Assembly: GCA_965228855.1 (NCBI GenBank)
Contig: CBDDIJ010000005.1
Span: 1,280,001 to 1,344,000 of the forward strand
Source: Candidatus Obscuribacterales bacterium
GTDB taxonomy: Bacteria; Cyanobacteriota; Vampirovibrionia; Obscuribacterales; Obscuribacteraceae
Direction: 5' to 3'
DNA: 64,000 nt
Numbering within the stretch: position 1 is the first letter of the stretch; every line of letters begins with the position of its first letter. A model generated the notes under the pieces. That model ran no database searches and was not told where the DNA came from. It saw only the letters and a list, made by a program, of their open reading frames with translations. Positions 28,371 to 38,474 of the stretch are shown here, in pieces. The position numbers were made by a program, and so were the translations under genes.

Positions 28371-31300
28371 TTACCTGAGGGCCGTCACTCTTGGTTTTGC
28401 AAAACACTGGAATTCGCTTTGATTTCCGGACCCAAGGTGCATTAGAACCGCAGTAGTCTTCAGCAGCCGAGACGCTATCTTTCTGGTTGACGGATTCTTT
28501 GATTCGACAATCGCGCGCAGAGGGAGAACGCCGGTAATGGCTGAGAGAGTTGAGAATTCCGATTGATGAACCTTCAGATCTGAAACCATCGTAGTGGAAA
28601 CGCCACGATGCAAAACAGATTCGATGTGATTCACCGATGCGAAGTCCGTTCCGCTTCCGGCGGAAACGAGCATATGGCGACCAGGACAAATGGTCATCTT
28701 TTGCCCACGTACATCGAACGCCACCGACTCTTTGGACGTATCGTGGATGTTGTACACCGCGACACCGTTTCTGTTTGTTGAAACGAGAACGACCGCACCG
28801 CCACCAATGTGGAGCTTACCGAATTGCGTTTCCACCGTCATATCATGCGTAGGCACGAAAAGAGTCTTACCAGATTCAGGCGCTACCACGCTATCATGCA
28901 GAGCGATTCTGGAAACTCCCTTTAGAACCGGATTTGCGTCGGCACCATCTCCTGTAATTGCATCGTAGGCACTGTCTTCGATACAGAGATTTCCCGTGTG
29001 GAACTGGGCACTCGGTGAACTCGAGATAAAAACAGAATCGTCCGAATCGAAGTCCAACTCGGTTGCTTGCTCGGCAGTGATCAAGTTGAGTTGAGACTGC
29101 TGAATAGAATTGAGCGGCGCCAACTGTTTTACACCGGATGTGACACCACTTAAATCAAGTGACGTCAGTTGGCGGGTAGCCTCTTCCGCGCTCGTCGCCA
29201 GCTGAGCGGCAGAATTTGGAAGACTGGCACCTTTGATGATTCCCGAGGAACTCCCAGGGAATGCCGCGCTCGATAGCTCAGTCGGTGCAGGAACGGAAGC
29301 GGAAATTGTGAAAGCCTCAACTTGCGCGACCGCTGCAGCGTCGCCGGTCGGCGGGTCAGCAAATATAACGACGTTTCCGCCGAGAGTGATGTTCTTACTA
29401 GTGAACGGATTGCTGAAAATTACGTCGGCAGCTTTTGCGATAACACTGTTGTTACCCTTTCCGGTGACACCGTTGCCCCAGAAAATAGTGCCGCCGCTAA
29501 ACTCTTGGGACACAACGCCTTTTGAAGGCGGCGTTCCAGGCACCATCGTAATCGGCGTACCAAGTGCCAGTGTGATGTCTCCATTGCCAGGAGAGGCAAA
29601 AGTCTGCAAGGTGGTGTTAGCACCCAGCGCAATCTTATTCTTGGTGTTGAGGTTGTCCGTAATTTGCAGCAGTATGTCTTCGTTCGAATTTATCGTCGCA
29701 GCTTTGGTGGTGATCGAACCAGTTGAAATCACAATATTAGTATCATTCTGAGAACCTATGATACCGGATATGGTGACGCTTCCATTGCCGGTGTAATCGA
29801 AATCATTGTTTGCCGCTCCGCCGATGATGCTGAAGCTCTTCACGACATTACTCTGATCGAGCCAAACAGAACCACCTTCTGCAATCGCTGTAACACCACT
29901 CACGCCCTGGTTGATGGAATAGCGAGCGGCTGTACTGGTTCCGATCGAGCCCTGAGAGGTCAACTGGAGACGTGGTGTATTGATAGTTGCCGGAATTGCG
30001 GCATTAGTGATGTTGCCATTCGAGGAGAGCAGAACCGAATTGCTTCCGTTAATAGTGCCGTTCAATCCGCTAAACGAGCCGCTAGTGTCGATAACCACAT
30101 TCGGAGCACTGATAACGGCCGTGGATAGCATTGCGACGTTTGAGTCAGATTGAATGGAGAACGTCGACTTGCCCACCATAGTAGTCGTGTCGAGTAAAGT
30201 CCAGGTGCTGCCGTGAGTATTGTAGGCGAACACATCGCCTTTCTTTGTTCCGGTCACAAACAGATTCGCGGCATCAACCATTACTGGGTTCAGGTAGTTT
30301 AAGCCGGAACCTGCACCGAAGGACCCTATTAAAACCGTATTGCCGGTAATCGGAGTGCCGCCCGGAGTGCTCATGAAGGTGCCAGTCGAACCGAAGTTTA
30401 CAATGTCAGCCTCTCCGCTGAACAGCACCAATCCTTTGTTATAGCTGACGATGACAATCTCAGACCCGCCAACAGAACTGTCTCCCACCGCACTGATATT
30501 CGACGCGTTTGTCTGCAAAGCGACGATACCGCCAGCTCCTAGATTTCCAGTACCCAATTGAATAGACAGATTCTTTGTCGAGAAGAAGTTTCCATTTCCG
30601 ACATTAATGTTGTTAGCGTCGAGACTCACGCTGCCGTTGTTCGCATCCAAAGTGGTGATGCTGAACTTGGAGTCGGGAAGCCAGGACAAGTTTCCGTTCG
30701 TCAGCGTAAGGGAAATGGAGTCTTGAGCTTTCAGATTGCCTTGCACAACTAGCGGTGCTGGCGTGCCGACAGCGGTTCCAGCGGTCAGCTGTGAGCCTGC
30801 AATTATAGAACCATTCGCACCATAGATGATGCTTGCGCCAGATGTCGGCTGCGCGGAGTTAAATGTTATACTTCCGCCGGTTTCACCACCTGTGGTGTCC
30901 ACATTTGCAATCGCATTCGTTCCCGTCGACGCTCCAGCGATGAACGCAACATCTCCGTTAACAGAGCCGGAGCCCTTACCGCCAGTTGTGATGCTTCCGG
31001 CGGTATAGGTAATATTTCCGTTCGAACTGCCGTTTCGAAATGCGGCGAGCAGCACATCGCCACCATTGCCGGTCTTGCCGCCCGAGCGAGTATTGATGTT
31101 GAGTGCGCCGTTTACACCGAAAACGATATTTCCACCGGTAACTGATGCATTACCGGAAATTGTGGTTGATGTTCCCAGTGACGACGTAGGCAAGTTCGTA
31201 TCCGTACCGCCGCCGGAGGTAATTTGCGCCCCCGCGATTATGGTCACATCGAATCCCTGAGTGGAGTTGTTAGCGGTCAACGTCGCACTCGTCGAGTTAG

Positions 31301-32753
31301 TGATATCTCCCGTGGCTATAATCGTTAGCGCTTCGCCAACCACTACGTTTCCATCGATCGAAATGTTGCCATTGTTACTGTACGTCGGATCGCCAGTCAA
31401 ACAGATGTTTCCTAACGACAAGGTCGACGTGTCGGTGGCAACGTGGGAAGCGAAACCTTTCTGGTTTAACATTCCGGTCATCTCGTCAACGTCGATTTCG
31501 GCCGATCCGCGACCGGCATTAACATTGACTTCTTTGCTGAAGAAGTCACCACCGGTCACGTACGAATTGTACGTTCCGGCATAACCACTGTTGCGAATGT
31601 TGATTGCACCCTCGCGCGCAATTACAGTTCCGCCCTCATTAGCGATGGTGAGCTCTCCGTTGAACACACCGTCAAGCGTCACATCACCGTTGATCGAATG
31701 GATCAATCCTTTGTTATCAATTTTTGGTGCGGAGATCGACACATCTCCACGAGCCAGAAGTTGAGCGCCGGCACCATTCTCCACAAGGCTTCCTGCACTG
31801 ATATTCAAATCGCCGGAACTCGAAATCGTTCCTAGATTGCTTACCGTATCATTGCCGCGAATGTTCAAATCAACGGCATTAGAACCATTGGCAATACTGG
31901 CTGTAGAATAAACCGTCGGCAAATCGGTTGTGATAAGACCGCCAGTTTCGTTGACTACGTTGTCGGCCGAAAAGGTACTGCGGCGCACGTGCTGACCAGA
32001 AGAATAGGCGTAAACGCTACCAGCATTGACCAGATTTCCGGATACGCTGAAAATCGGATTTTTAGAGAAGTCACCATATGCGGTGACATTTGTCGGAATA
32101 GTCAAGTCATCGATTTTCAATCTGTCGTTTTTAAAAGTAATCGACGCGAAATCAACAGCCCCGCCAACAGCTGCTCCACTGCCATCGAGCTCGAGCTTCT
32201 GACCCTGTCCGGCAAGCACTTGTTTTGCAGCCACATATTCAGCAGCTGTTACTTGTGAGCCTACCGTGAGAGTTTTAGTGGCATCTCCAACTTTGATCTG
32301 GACGCTATCTGCACCGTTAAAGAGTTTATTGCCCAGCCGAATGTTCTGAGCACTTGAACCGAGATCGATGTCCGCGCCGCTTCCCATACCGACAGCCTTA
32401 CCGTCGACGATTTGAATTGATCTCGTATTGCTTAATTTCCGAACCAGGTTGTTTGCATTGCCGCTATTGTCGAGCGACGGAACCGCTTGAACCTGAGAAA
32501 CCTCTGGTGTCGCGTAAATCGGCAACATGTTCATCGGTGGATTTTGATTATTCTTGCCACCAGTTGTCACATCGTATTTGTCTCGATACAACGCACGCAA
32601 AGCATGCCCGCTGATGCCGGGGTTCATCTGCCGAAATTCTCGCCAATGCTCCCACTGACCAGCTTGAGCTTGACCAGCGCAACTGACCATCACCGTACCG
32701 GCCAGCAACACGGACGCACATGGTTTGTTGATTGCATTTTCGAAATTGGACAT
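28371..32753 (-). CDS. large exported beta-helix (haemagglutinin/adhesin-like) protein with conserved C-terminal domain
   Basis: About 1460 aa from the ATG at 32753 (GGGAG RBS). Signal peptide ..AGQAQA, G/N/S/T-rich strand repeats (GNGGDVLL, GDVAFIAG, GGSITF). The C-terminus is homologous to that of 41026..42096. Confidence 0.85.
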   Translation of the reverse strand: MSNFENAINKPCASVLLAGTVMVSCAGQAQAGQWEHWREFRQMNPGISGHALRALYRDKYDVTTGGKNNQNPPMNMLPIYATPEVSQVQAVPSLDNSGNANNLVRKLSNTRSIQIVDGKAVGMGSGADIDLGSSAQNIRLGNKLFNGADSVQIKVGDATKTLTVGSQVTAAEYVAAKQVLAGQGQKLELDGSGAAVGGAVDFASITFKNDRLKIDDLTIPTNVTAYGDFSKNPIFSVSGNLVNAGSVYAYSSGQHVRRSTFSADNVVNETGGLITTDLPTVYSTASIANGSNAVDLNIRGNDTVSNLGTISSSGDLNISAGSLVENGAGAQLLARGDVSISAPKIDNKGLIHSINGDVTLDGVFNGELTIANEGGTVIAREGAINIRNSGYAGTYNSYVTGGDFFSKEVNVNAGRGSAEIDVDEMTGMLNQKGFASHVATDTSTLSLGNICLTGDPTYSNNGNISIDGNVVVGEALTIIATGDITNSTSATLTANNSTQGFDVTIIAGAQITSGGGTDTNLPTSSLGTSTTISGNASVTGGNIVFGVNGALNINTRSGGKTGNGGDVLLAAFRNGSSNGNITYTAGSITTGGKGSGSVNGDVAFIAGASTGTNAIANVDTTGGETGGSITFNSAQPTSGASIIYGANGSIIAGSQLTAGTAVGTPAPLVVQGNLKAQDSISLTLTNGNLSWLPDSKFSITTLDANNGSVSLDANNINVGNGNFFSTKNLSIQLGTGNLGAGGIVALQTNASNISAVGDSSVGGSEIVIVSYNKGLVLFSGEADIVNFGSTGTFMSTPGGTPITGNTVLIGSFGAGSGLNYLNPVMVDAANLFVTGTKKGDVFAYNTHGSTWTLLDTTTMVGKSTFSIQSDSNVAMLSTAVISAPNVVIDTSGSFSGLNGTINGSNSVLLSSNGNITNAAIPATINTPRLQLTSQGSIGTSTAARYSINQGVSGVTAIAEGGSVWLDQSNVVKSFSIIGGAANNDFDYTGNGSVTISGIIGSQNDTNIVISTGSITTKAATINSNEDILLQITDNLNTKNKIALGANTTLQTFASPGNGDITLALGTPITMVPGTPPSKGVVSQEFSGGTIFWGNGVTGKGNNSVIAKAADVIFSNPFTSKNITLGGNVVIFADPPTGDAAAVAQVEAFTISASVPAPTELSSAAFPGSSSGIIKGASLPNSAAQLATSAEEATRQLTSLDLSGVTSGVKQLAPLNSIQQSQLNLITAEQATELDFDSDDSVFISSSPSAQFHTGNLCIEDSAYDAITGDGADANPVLKGVSRIALHDSVVAPESGKTLFVPTHDMTVETQFGKLHIGGGAVVLVSTNRNGVAVYNIHDTSKESVAFDVRGQKMTICPGRHMLVSAGSGTDFASVNHIESVLHRGVSTTMVSDLKVHQSEFSTLSAITGVLPLRAIVESKNPSTRKIASRLLKTTAVLMHLGSGNQSEFQCFAKPRVTALR

Positions 32754-33110
32754 CGATTTTCTCCCGACAGAATTTCTGACATTCACGCGTGTGAACAACT
32801 TGCCGGGCTAACCAGGAAATACATTCAGCCAGGCAAAAAAACTTTTGAGATTCCAAATCTTGATCTCAGAAAAGGTTATCATGATGCAACAATGTCGTCT
32901 ATCACCCGTGTTAGCGAAATCAGCGATCTCGAGATTAGTGATTTCTCACAACACCCAAACCTTGGAAACGCAGCAAAGTTGTTACTCTCCGGTGTCAAAT
33001 GAAATCAACGGTCGGTAATATTTGTTCGTAATCGGTGGTATCAAATTCGGTGCACGCAATCGAAGGAATCCGGCAAGTTAATGCGTCGATCTCACCCCGG
33101 TTTTCCCCAC

Positions 33111-34247
33111 TCAATGCTTCCCGATATCAGACGGAATCCCTATCTTCATCTCCGGCAAGGATCCGGTTTTTGCGTCCAATTCTTGTTGCTTAGCTCTGGG
33201 CAAAACTTGACCGGAAACCGAAGTGTCGTAGACTGGGGCGCCAGCACCATTTGCTGTCGCGCTCAGACCGCTCGCGCCTGCACTGAGAGATCCAGAGCCG
33301 TTTTTCGCAGAGAGTGATCCATTCACATCATTTGTCGATAGTTGCGTGGAGACTCCGTTAGAACTGAGCCGGCCAGCGTTGGCAGATAGAGATCCACTCC
33401 GCCCCAACGATGCGTTCGTTCTGCTCAGCTCGGCGATAACCTCTTCGCGAGTCATGGGCTGCGGCGAACCATAATCCCATCCCATCGTGAAATTAAAGCC
33501 CTTGATTCGCGAATCATGCGGAAAGCGCAGGCACGCTGAATGATCCAGACGCCTCGTCGAATTCAGAAGACTCTCGTTGAAATTGTAATTCGCATTCGTC
33601 CGCGCAACTTTGCCGCGGAGCCGACCGTTACTGTCCACGCTGAACACCATTAAGCTCTGACCGGACGGACGTCGTATGGAACGATTTCGAAGCTCTCGAA
33701 ACAGATCGGTGTTAAACACCAATCGAAAATTTTGAATCCAACGATCCCAGTCTTCTCGCAAAACACCTGAATTCTCAGGCGCTTCTTTGAATACCTCAGG
33801 TCCGCCAGGGTGGCTCTCGAGCGGTTTATTCTTATTTCTCTGCGCTGCAAGCGCGTTCAACTGGTCAACCGATTTAGTAGTGTAAGGGGTCAACTCGGTT
33901 ACAGCGTGCGCGGCACGCGAGTTTCGAGTCAAAATATCCGGTAGCGGAGCTTTGTACAAATCTAGAACAGTTTTGCAGTTCATCGCCATCTGCGTGCTGG
34001 ACGCCATCGAATATGCTTGTTGATATTCCTTTATAGCGAGATCCTTTTTGCCCGTCTTTAGTAACGCATTGGCCAGATGATAGTGCGCAAGGTCATCATG
34101 TGGATCGGCTTTGACGGCGAGGCTCAAACTGGTCACAGCCCTCGCGTACTGTCCGGTTTTGTACTCTTGCACTCCGCGTTGCAGCACGACCTGATTACCC
34201 GCACCTGCGAGTTGAATTAGTACTAGTGCTAACAGCGTGTTGGACAT
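33111..34247 (-). CDS. exported TPR protein with TonB C-terminal-like domain
   Basis: Signal peptide and TPR (AHYHLANALLK). The segment MVFSVDSNGRL..FNESLLNSTRRL..LRFP resembles TonB_C/TolA_C. Confidence 0.7.
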   Translation of the reverse strand: MSNTLLALVLIQLAGAGNQVVLQRGVQEYKTGQYARAVTSLSLAVKADPHDDLAHYHLANALLKTGKKDLAIKEYQQAYSMASSTQMAMNCKTVLDLYKAPLPDILTRNSRAAHAVTELTPYTTKSVDQLNALAAQRNKNKPLESHPGGPEVFKEAPENSGVLREDWDRWIQNFRLVFNTDLFRELRNRSIRRPSGQSLMVFSVDSNGRLRGKVARTNANYNFNESLLNSTRRLDHSACLRFPHDSRIKGFNFTMGWDYGSPQPMTREEVIAELSRTNASLGRSGSLSANAGRLSSNGVSTQLSTNDVNGSLSAKNGSGSLSAGASGLSATANGAGAPVYDTSVSGQVLPRAKQQELDAKTGSLPEMKIGIPSDIGKH

Positions 34248-34382
34248 CTAGACCGTGCCGAATGTTTCAAACCGACAATCTATTCTATTCCGAATCGGCA
34301 ACCTTTTTATTTGCGGATGCTTCAACACACGCTGACAACAGTCTTTAAACGGAATTCAGTGACCTTTAAAAACAGAAACTCG

Positions 34383-36293
34383 CTAATCGTCTGCTTCCAG
34401 CAGAGGTGTTCCGCAGGCTCGCTCGAGCTCTGTAAACGCCTGCTGGTATAACTGAATCGCTTCCAGATACTGTGTGCGAATTTGCACGTTATTCTGTTGC
34501 GCCTGAATAGTCGAAGTAATGTCCGATTGCCCAACCTCGTAACTCCGACGAGCCAGTCGAGCGACTTCATAAGAATCAGCTAGAACGTGTTCCTGGTATA
34601 TTCTCAGCTTCTGACGCGCGGCCAGGACATTGTTATAGGCTGATGAAACCTCAGATGTGATGACGTTCTTCAATGCATCGGTCTGATACTTCAACTGACG
34701 GGCTACAGCCTTATACTTGGCAATATCGCCCTGTTGAAAGCTCGTAATGTTGGACGGAACATTAACGCCAAAGTAATAGGCCCCCAGACGCGGTCCGCCG
34801 GGTGGGTTTCCGACTTGCGAACTGCCCATATAAAATTGTGGGCTCGGTATGATGTTGCCGTACGAATTGCGCAATTGAGCTTTGTTGGTGGCAATCTGGC
34901 GATCCAGAGCTTTCAACTCGTAACGATGTTTCATAGCGATATCCAGATAACTCTCGAGCACCGCAATGCGATGACCGAAATCCGGAAGCAAAATATTGTG
35001 TGCGGTGGCAGCTGCCGCGATGTCTTCGGTTCTCAAAAATGGAGGCAAGCGTGGAATCATCAACGGCGTTTCGGGTTTTCTGCCCATGATGACGTTCAAC
35101 TGTTGTTTTGCTCGAATGACGCGGCGCAAACCAACTCGCCGTTCTACGTCATACTGAGACTCGGCCAATCGAGCCTTCAGCATATCGAGTTCCGGAACAT
35201 CACCCGCCTGGAAGCGCTTCTCCGAAACGACCATCAATCGGTGCGCAAGATCGTACAAACTGTTCAAAGTTTCCAAAGTTTCCTGAGCTACCACAACTTC
35301 GGTGTAAGCGTGCCGTACTTCCGCGCGCAACGTCCAGAGCTGAGTTAGCAAATCTTGCTTGGTTTGTTCGATCAATCGTTTTGCGGCAAGAAGTCGGAAA
35401 ACCAGCTTCCACGGAGGCTCCCAATAGAAGACCGCACCCGTTCTGCGCGTTTGTTCAGCAGCAATACCGTTGTCGTACATCCAATCTGGAGCCTGTTGCT
35501 CCGTAGCTCGCGCCAACTCCGACTGCGTAACAGGCAACTGGGAGCGAAGCGCAGCGGCACGTGGGCTCTTCACGAGGGCCTGATCGAGCGCCGTAAAAAT
35601 TGAAAGCTCCGCACCACCGGACCTGTTCTCGCTCTTCTGTTCCTCATATGTAATGGATCCTGAAACAGTTCCAGGCTTCTCCGGCACCTGGTCGTCAGTT
35701 GTCGTGCCTGGACTAATATCATTTATATCGGTTGGGAATTCAGTGCCATGCTTATGGAGACGCGAACTACCGCTCTCATCGCCGGATTGGTTATCTTCCT
35801 TAGGAGCCTCCAGGCGATTTAAACTTGGCTGCTGAACGGAACCGGGTCCGGTTACGTCGCCCAGCCCTGGAGATACCGGCGAGCTAATCGAAGGCCGCAG
35901 AGTGGGTAAAGGCGAAATTGGAGTATCGGAAACCGAAGGAGTTGTGGAAGTGCGACGTATCGGCATCTGGGAGACAACAGGAGTTTGATCAGGTTCGCTC
36001 GACACAAAAGCTTCGCCGAGAGGACCTCTCTTAAGTTTCAAAGAATACTGATCGGGGTCGGACCGACGCTGTGAGGATGCACCTTCACTATCGGACACTG
36101 GCTCGAAATTTTCTCCGGCTTCCACTCGCGGCTCAGACAGATAATCTGCATTCGCAATTGAATTGTCTTTCTTGCCATCAACCTTCAGGACCGCCTCGGG
36201 ATGCGGCTGTAGCAGCGCCGCAGGCAACTCCGACGATTGACCCGAAGAGAGTCCAAAAACTAATTGAGCAAGGCTGAATAGTAAGGTTTCCAT
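34383..36293 (-). CDS. TolC family outer membrane efflux protein with long Pro/Ser-rich N-terminal extension
   Basis: OEP helical repeats: RFQAGDVPELDMLKA, ARRSYEVGQSDIT and LERACG. Confidence 0.88.
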   Translation of the reverse strand: METLLFSLAQLVFGLSSGQSSELPAALLQPHPEAVLKVDGKKDNSIANADYLSEPRVEAGENFEPVSDSEGASSQRRSDPDQYSLKLKRGPLGEAFVSSEPDQTPVVSQMPIRRTSTTPSVSDTPISPLPTLRPSISSPVSPGLGDVTGPGSVQQPSLNRLEAPKEDNQSGDESGSSRLHKHGTEFPTDINDISPGTTTDDQVPEKPGTVSGSITYEEQKSENRSGGAELSIFTALDQALVKSPRAAALRSQLPVTQSELARATEQQAPDWMYDNGIAAEQTRRTGAVFYWEPPWKLVFRLLAAKRLIEQTKQDLLTQLWTLRAEVRHAYTEVVVAQETLETLNSLYDLAHRLMVVSEKRFQAGDVPELDMLKARLAESQYDVERRVGLRRVIRAKQQLNVIMGRKPETPLMIPRLPPFLRTEDIAAAATAHNILLPDFGHRIAVLESYLDIAMKHRYELKALDRQIATNKAQLRNSYGNIIPSPQFYMGSSQVGNPPGGPRLGAYYFGVNVPSNITSFQQGDIAKYKAVARQLKYQTDALKNVITSEVSSAYNNVLAARQKLRIYQEHVLADSYEVARLARRSYEVGQSDITSTIQAQQNNVQIRTQYLEAIQLYQQAFTELERACGTPLLEADD

Positions 36294-36514
36294 CGCCAAC
36301 AGAATACCTGACAGGAGCTGTCTTACATAGGTTTCGTTGCGACGGTTGCAGACCCGAAAAACGGGCTTAAGTGCCTACCAATCGGAGCGCGAGGGGGTTC
36401 GCTTACAATTTGCTAACATTTTATAGTTTGCTTTTTCCTTGCGGTTGGCAAGGAATCAGAAGAATCATATATAGTTCTTTAGGCATAACTGGCGTGGACG
36501 TTAAGTAAGACGGA

Positions 36515-37261
36515 ATGAACGAGAAACAAAGTAGAACATTTCTTAGAGGGGACATGGATTTTACCCCTCAGCGGATGATGCGCTACATTCGTTCGCGCGC
36601 CCGCCTGGCGACAGATGAGGATATCGAAGATATTCTCCAGAACGCGTTGCTTATGGTAACCCAACACTTCGATCCGACTCACCCGGACGCTAATCTTGCT
36701 TTGTATTGCCTCGGGGCATGCAACAAGGCGATCGCGCAAAATCTCGAGCGCTATCACAAGGTTAAGCTGAAGAGACGCGACGAGAAGAAGGAAGAGTCGA
36801 CAAATTCGGTAGAGGTCAGAGTCAACTCTTCTTCTATAAAGGAAGTGGATGGAGAAGTCATGACGGTTAAGTCGATGACGCCCGCCCAGTCCTTTGATGA
36901 AAAACCGTCCACTACCAGCCAATATCGAACAACCTCGCTGGATTCGATGTTTGACGAAGAAGATGGTCGTAATGCCGATGACATTTTCGGCCTGGAATAT
37001 AGTGTTTTATCGAGTGGTTCCGACAGTAGTCCGGATAGTAGAGCACTAATTAATAATTTGATCGAGCAAGTTTTGCAGGAGTTGCCACCCGGAATCCACC
37101 GTACCTGCTTCATTTTGAAGTATGTCGAAGGATATAAACGAGAAGATCTGATTGAGTGTCTAAAAATGGAACCGAAGAGTATAGATACCATCGATAAGAA
37201 AATCGTCCGAACATTGAAGGCATTCAAAGCCAAACTTGATAAGGACGAAGCAAGGATCTAG
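36515..37261 (+). CDS. divergent sigma-70 family (ECF-like) RNA polymerase sigma factor
   Basis: Region 2-like DIEDILQNALL and region 4-like LQELPPGIHRTCFILKYVEGYKREDL..L. Confidence 0.75.
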   Translation: MNEKQSRTFLRGDMDFTPQRMMRYIRSRARLATDEDIEDILQNALLMVTQHFDPTHPDANLALYCLGACNKAIAQNLERYHKVKLKRRDEKKEESTNSVEVRVNSSSIKEVDGEVMTVKSMTPAQSFDEKPSTTSQYRTTSLDSMFDEEDGRNADDIFGLEYSVLSSGSDSSPDSRALINNLIEQVLQELPPGIHRTCFILKYVEGYKREDLIECLKMEPKSIDTIDKKIVRTLKAFKAKLDKDEARI

Positions 37262-37270
37262 GAGACGGCG

Positions 37271-37948
37271 ATGACTACTCTCAACGATAAATTGGCAAAA
37301 GTAATGATGATCGAAGACGAGCGTGAGGCTTCTCTCGCGTTCGAATCATTCTGCCGCGATAACTTCGACAGCCTGCCACTGCCAGGAGAGAACAAGCAAT
37401 TCGACAGCGCTATGTGGAACGCTTCGAATTTCACGAAACTCTCTTCGCGTGATGAAGCGATTGTAAAACGGGTTACCGAACGCATGATCGGCGACACCGC
37501 AAGCGCAACATCCAAGGCGGCGCTCAAAGTTAAGGAATTGGTTGGCGCTTCGCGCGACGCAGCTATTGCCGCCTGGCAAGATTTGCTGCTCGGCATGGAG
37601 TGGAGACCGATGATTCCGGCAGGAGCAATGCGTGGCATTGGAAGCCAGCTTGTGTCGCTCGGCAGCTTTGAAAAGGCGACCGAAGACACCAAAATCCAAG
37701 TCAACCTCGGCTGGCTTGTCGATAAGGATCAGCTGCGTTTATTGTTAAACGCAAAAGATACCGCCGACAATGGCATGCCGGATGTTGAAGTGCGCATCCT
37801 TGAAAGCGAACGTGGTGTCGTTTTCTCGCGCAAAACAAACCTTGACGGCGCTGTGGTTGCTCCACAAATCAATGTGGGTCCCGGCGAATATCAAATCCAA
37901 GTCTCTTGGCTGGACAAGGTGATTGAGACTCCGTTCTTCAGAATCTAG
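37271..37948 (+). CDS. putative soluble anti-sigma partner with C-terminal beta-sandwich
   Basis: Starts 9 nt after the sigma gene with an AGGAG RBS. W..LL..PAGAMRG, then a transthyretin/carboxypeptidase-regulatory-like segment KTNLDG..PGEYQIQV. Confidence 0.6.
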   Translation: MTTLNDKLAKVMMIEDEREASLAFESFCRDNFDSLPLPGENKQFDSAMWNASNFTKLSSRDEAIVKRVTERMIGDTASATSKAALKVKELVGASRDAAIAAWQDLLLGMEWRPMIPAGAMRGIGSQLVSLGSFEKATEDTKIQVNLGWLVDKDQLRLLLNAKDTADNGMPDVEVRILESERGVVFSRKTNLDGAVVAPQINVGPGEYQIQVSWLDKVIETPFFRI

Positions 37949-38110
37949 TTCGCGCTCAGCTTCAAGTTGACCGGCTCTGCTGACTTCGCTCAGCTGTGCG
38001 GCCCATGTCAATCCGGCTTGCTTCGCAACTAATCCGAGATCCACAGTCTCACCATCGAGGAACCCTGGCGGGGAGTCCTCAGGCCGTCGCCACTACATCT
38101 CTCTAGATTG

Positions 38111-38143
38111 GTCCCCGAGCTTAATCGCTCGGGGACTTTTTTT
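38111..38143 (+). terminator. intrinsic terminator
   Basis: Perfect hairpin GTCCCCGAGC-TTAATC-GCTCGGGGAC followed by T7. Confidence 0.9.
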
Positions 38144-38474
38144 GCATTCGCTGCCTACTATACCCTTTTCGATGTCTACTATATTTTTTCGTGATGCCCC
38201 AACAAGCCAAACCCTCTCCCAGAAAGACTTTCGAGCAAATTACAATCTCGCCATTATTAGAAAAACCAGATTTGTCTACGCCACGATGCCGGATTTTCGA
38301 AAAAGCGTCTACGAGCCGTAGCCAAAACCGACCTTGATCAGAGCGTCGATCCGAAATGCCTTGCCGGACGCCGCCTGCCATCACATAGACTTTTTATACT
38401 ATTTAGTAGCAATCGCTCTGGTTTGGCCGCATGAACGTCGGGAATTATATTGGGAGAATTTAGAGGTGGAGTGA

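Noticed and set aside
28371..32753. Classical TpsA/CdiA or autotransporter call for the large beta-helix protein
   Set aside because: No TPS NPNG motif, no adjacent TpsB, no VENN/toxin-immunity pair and no C-terminal beta-barrel signature were seen.
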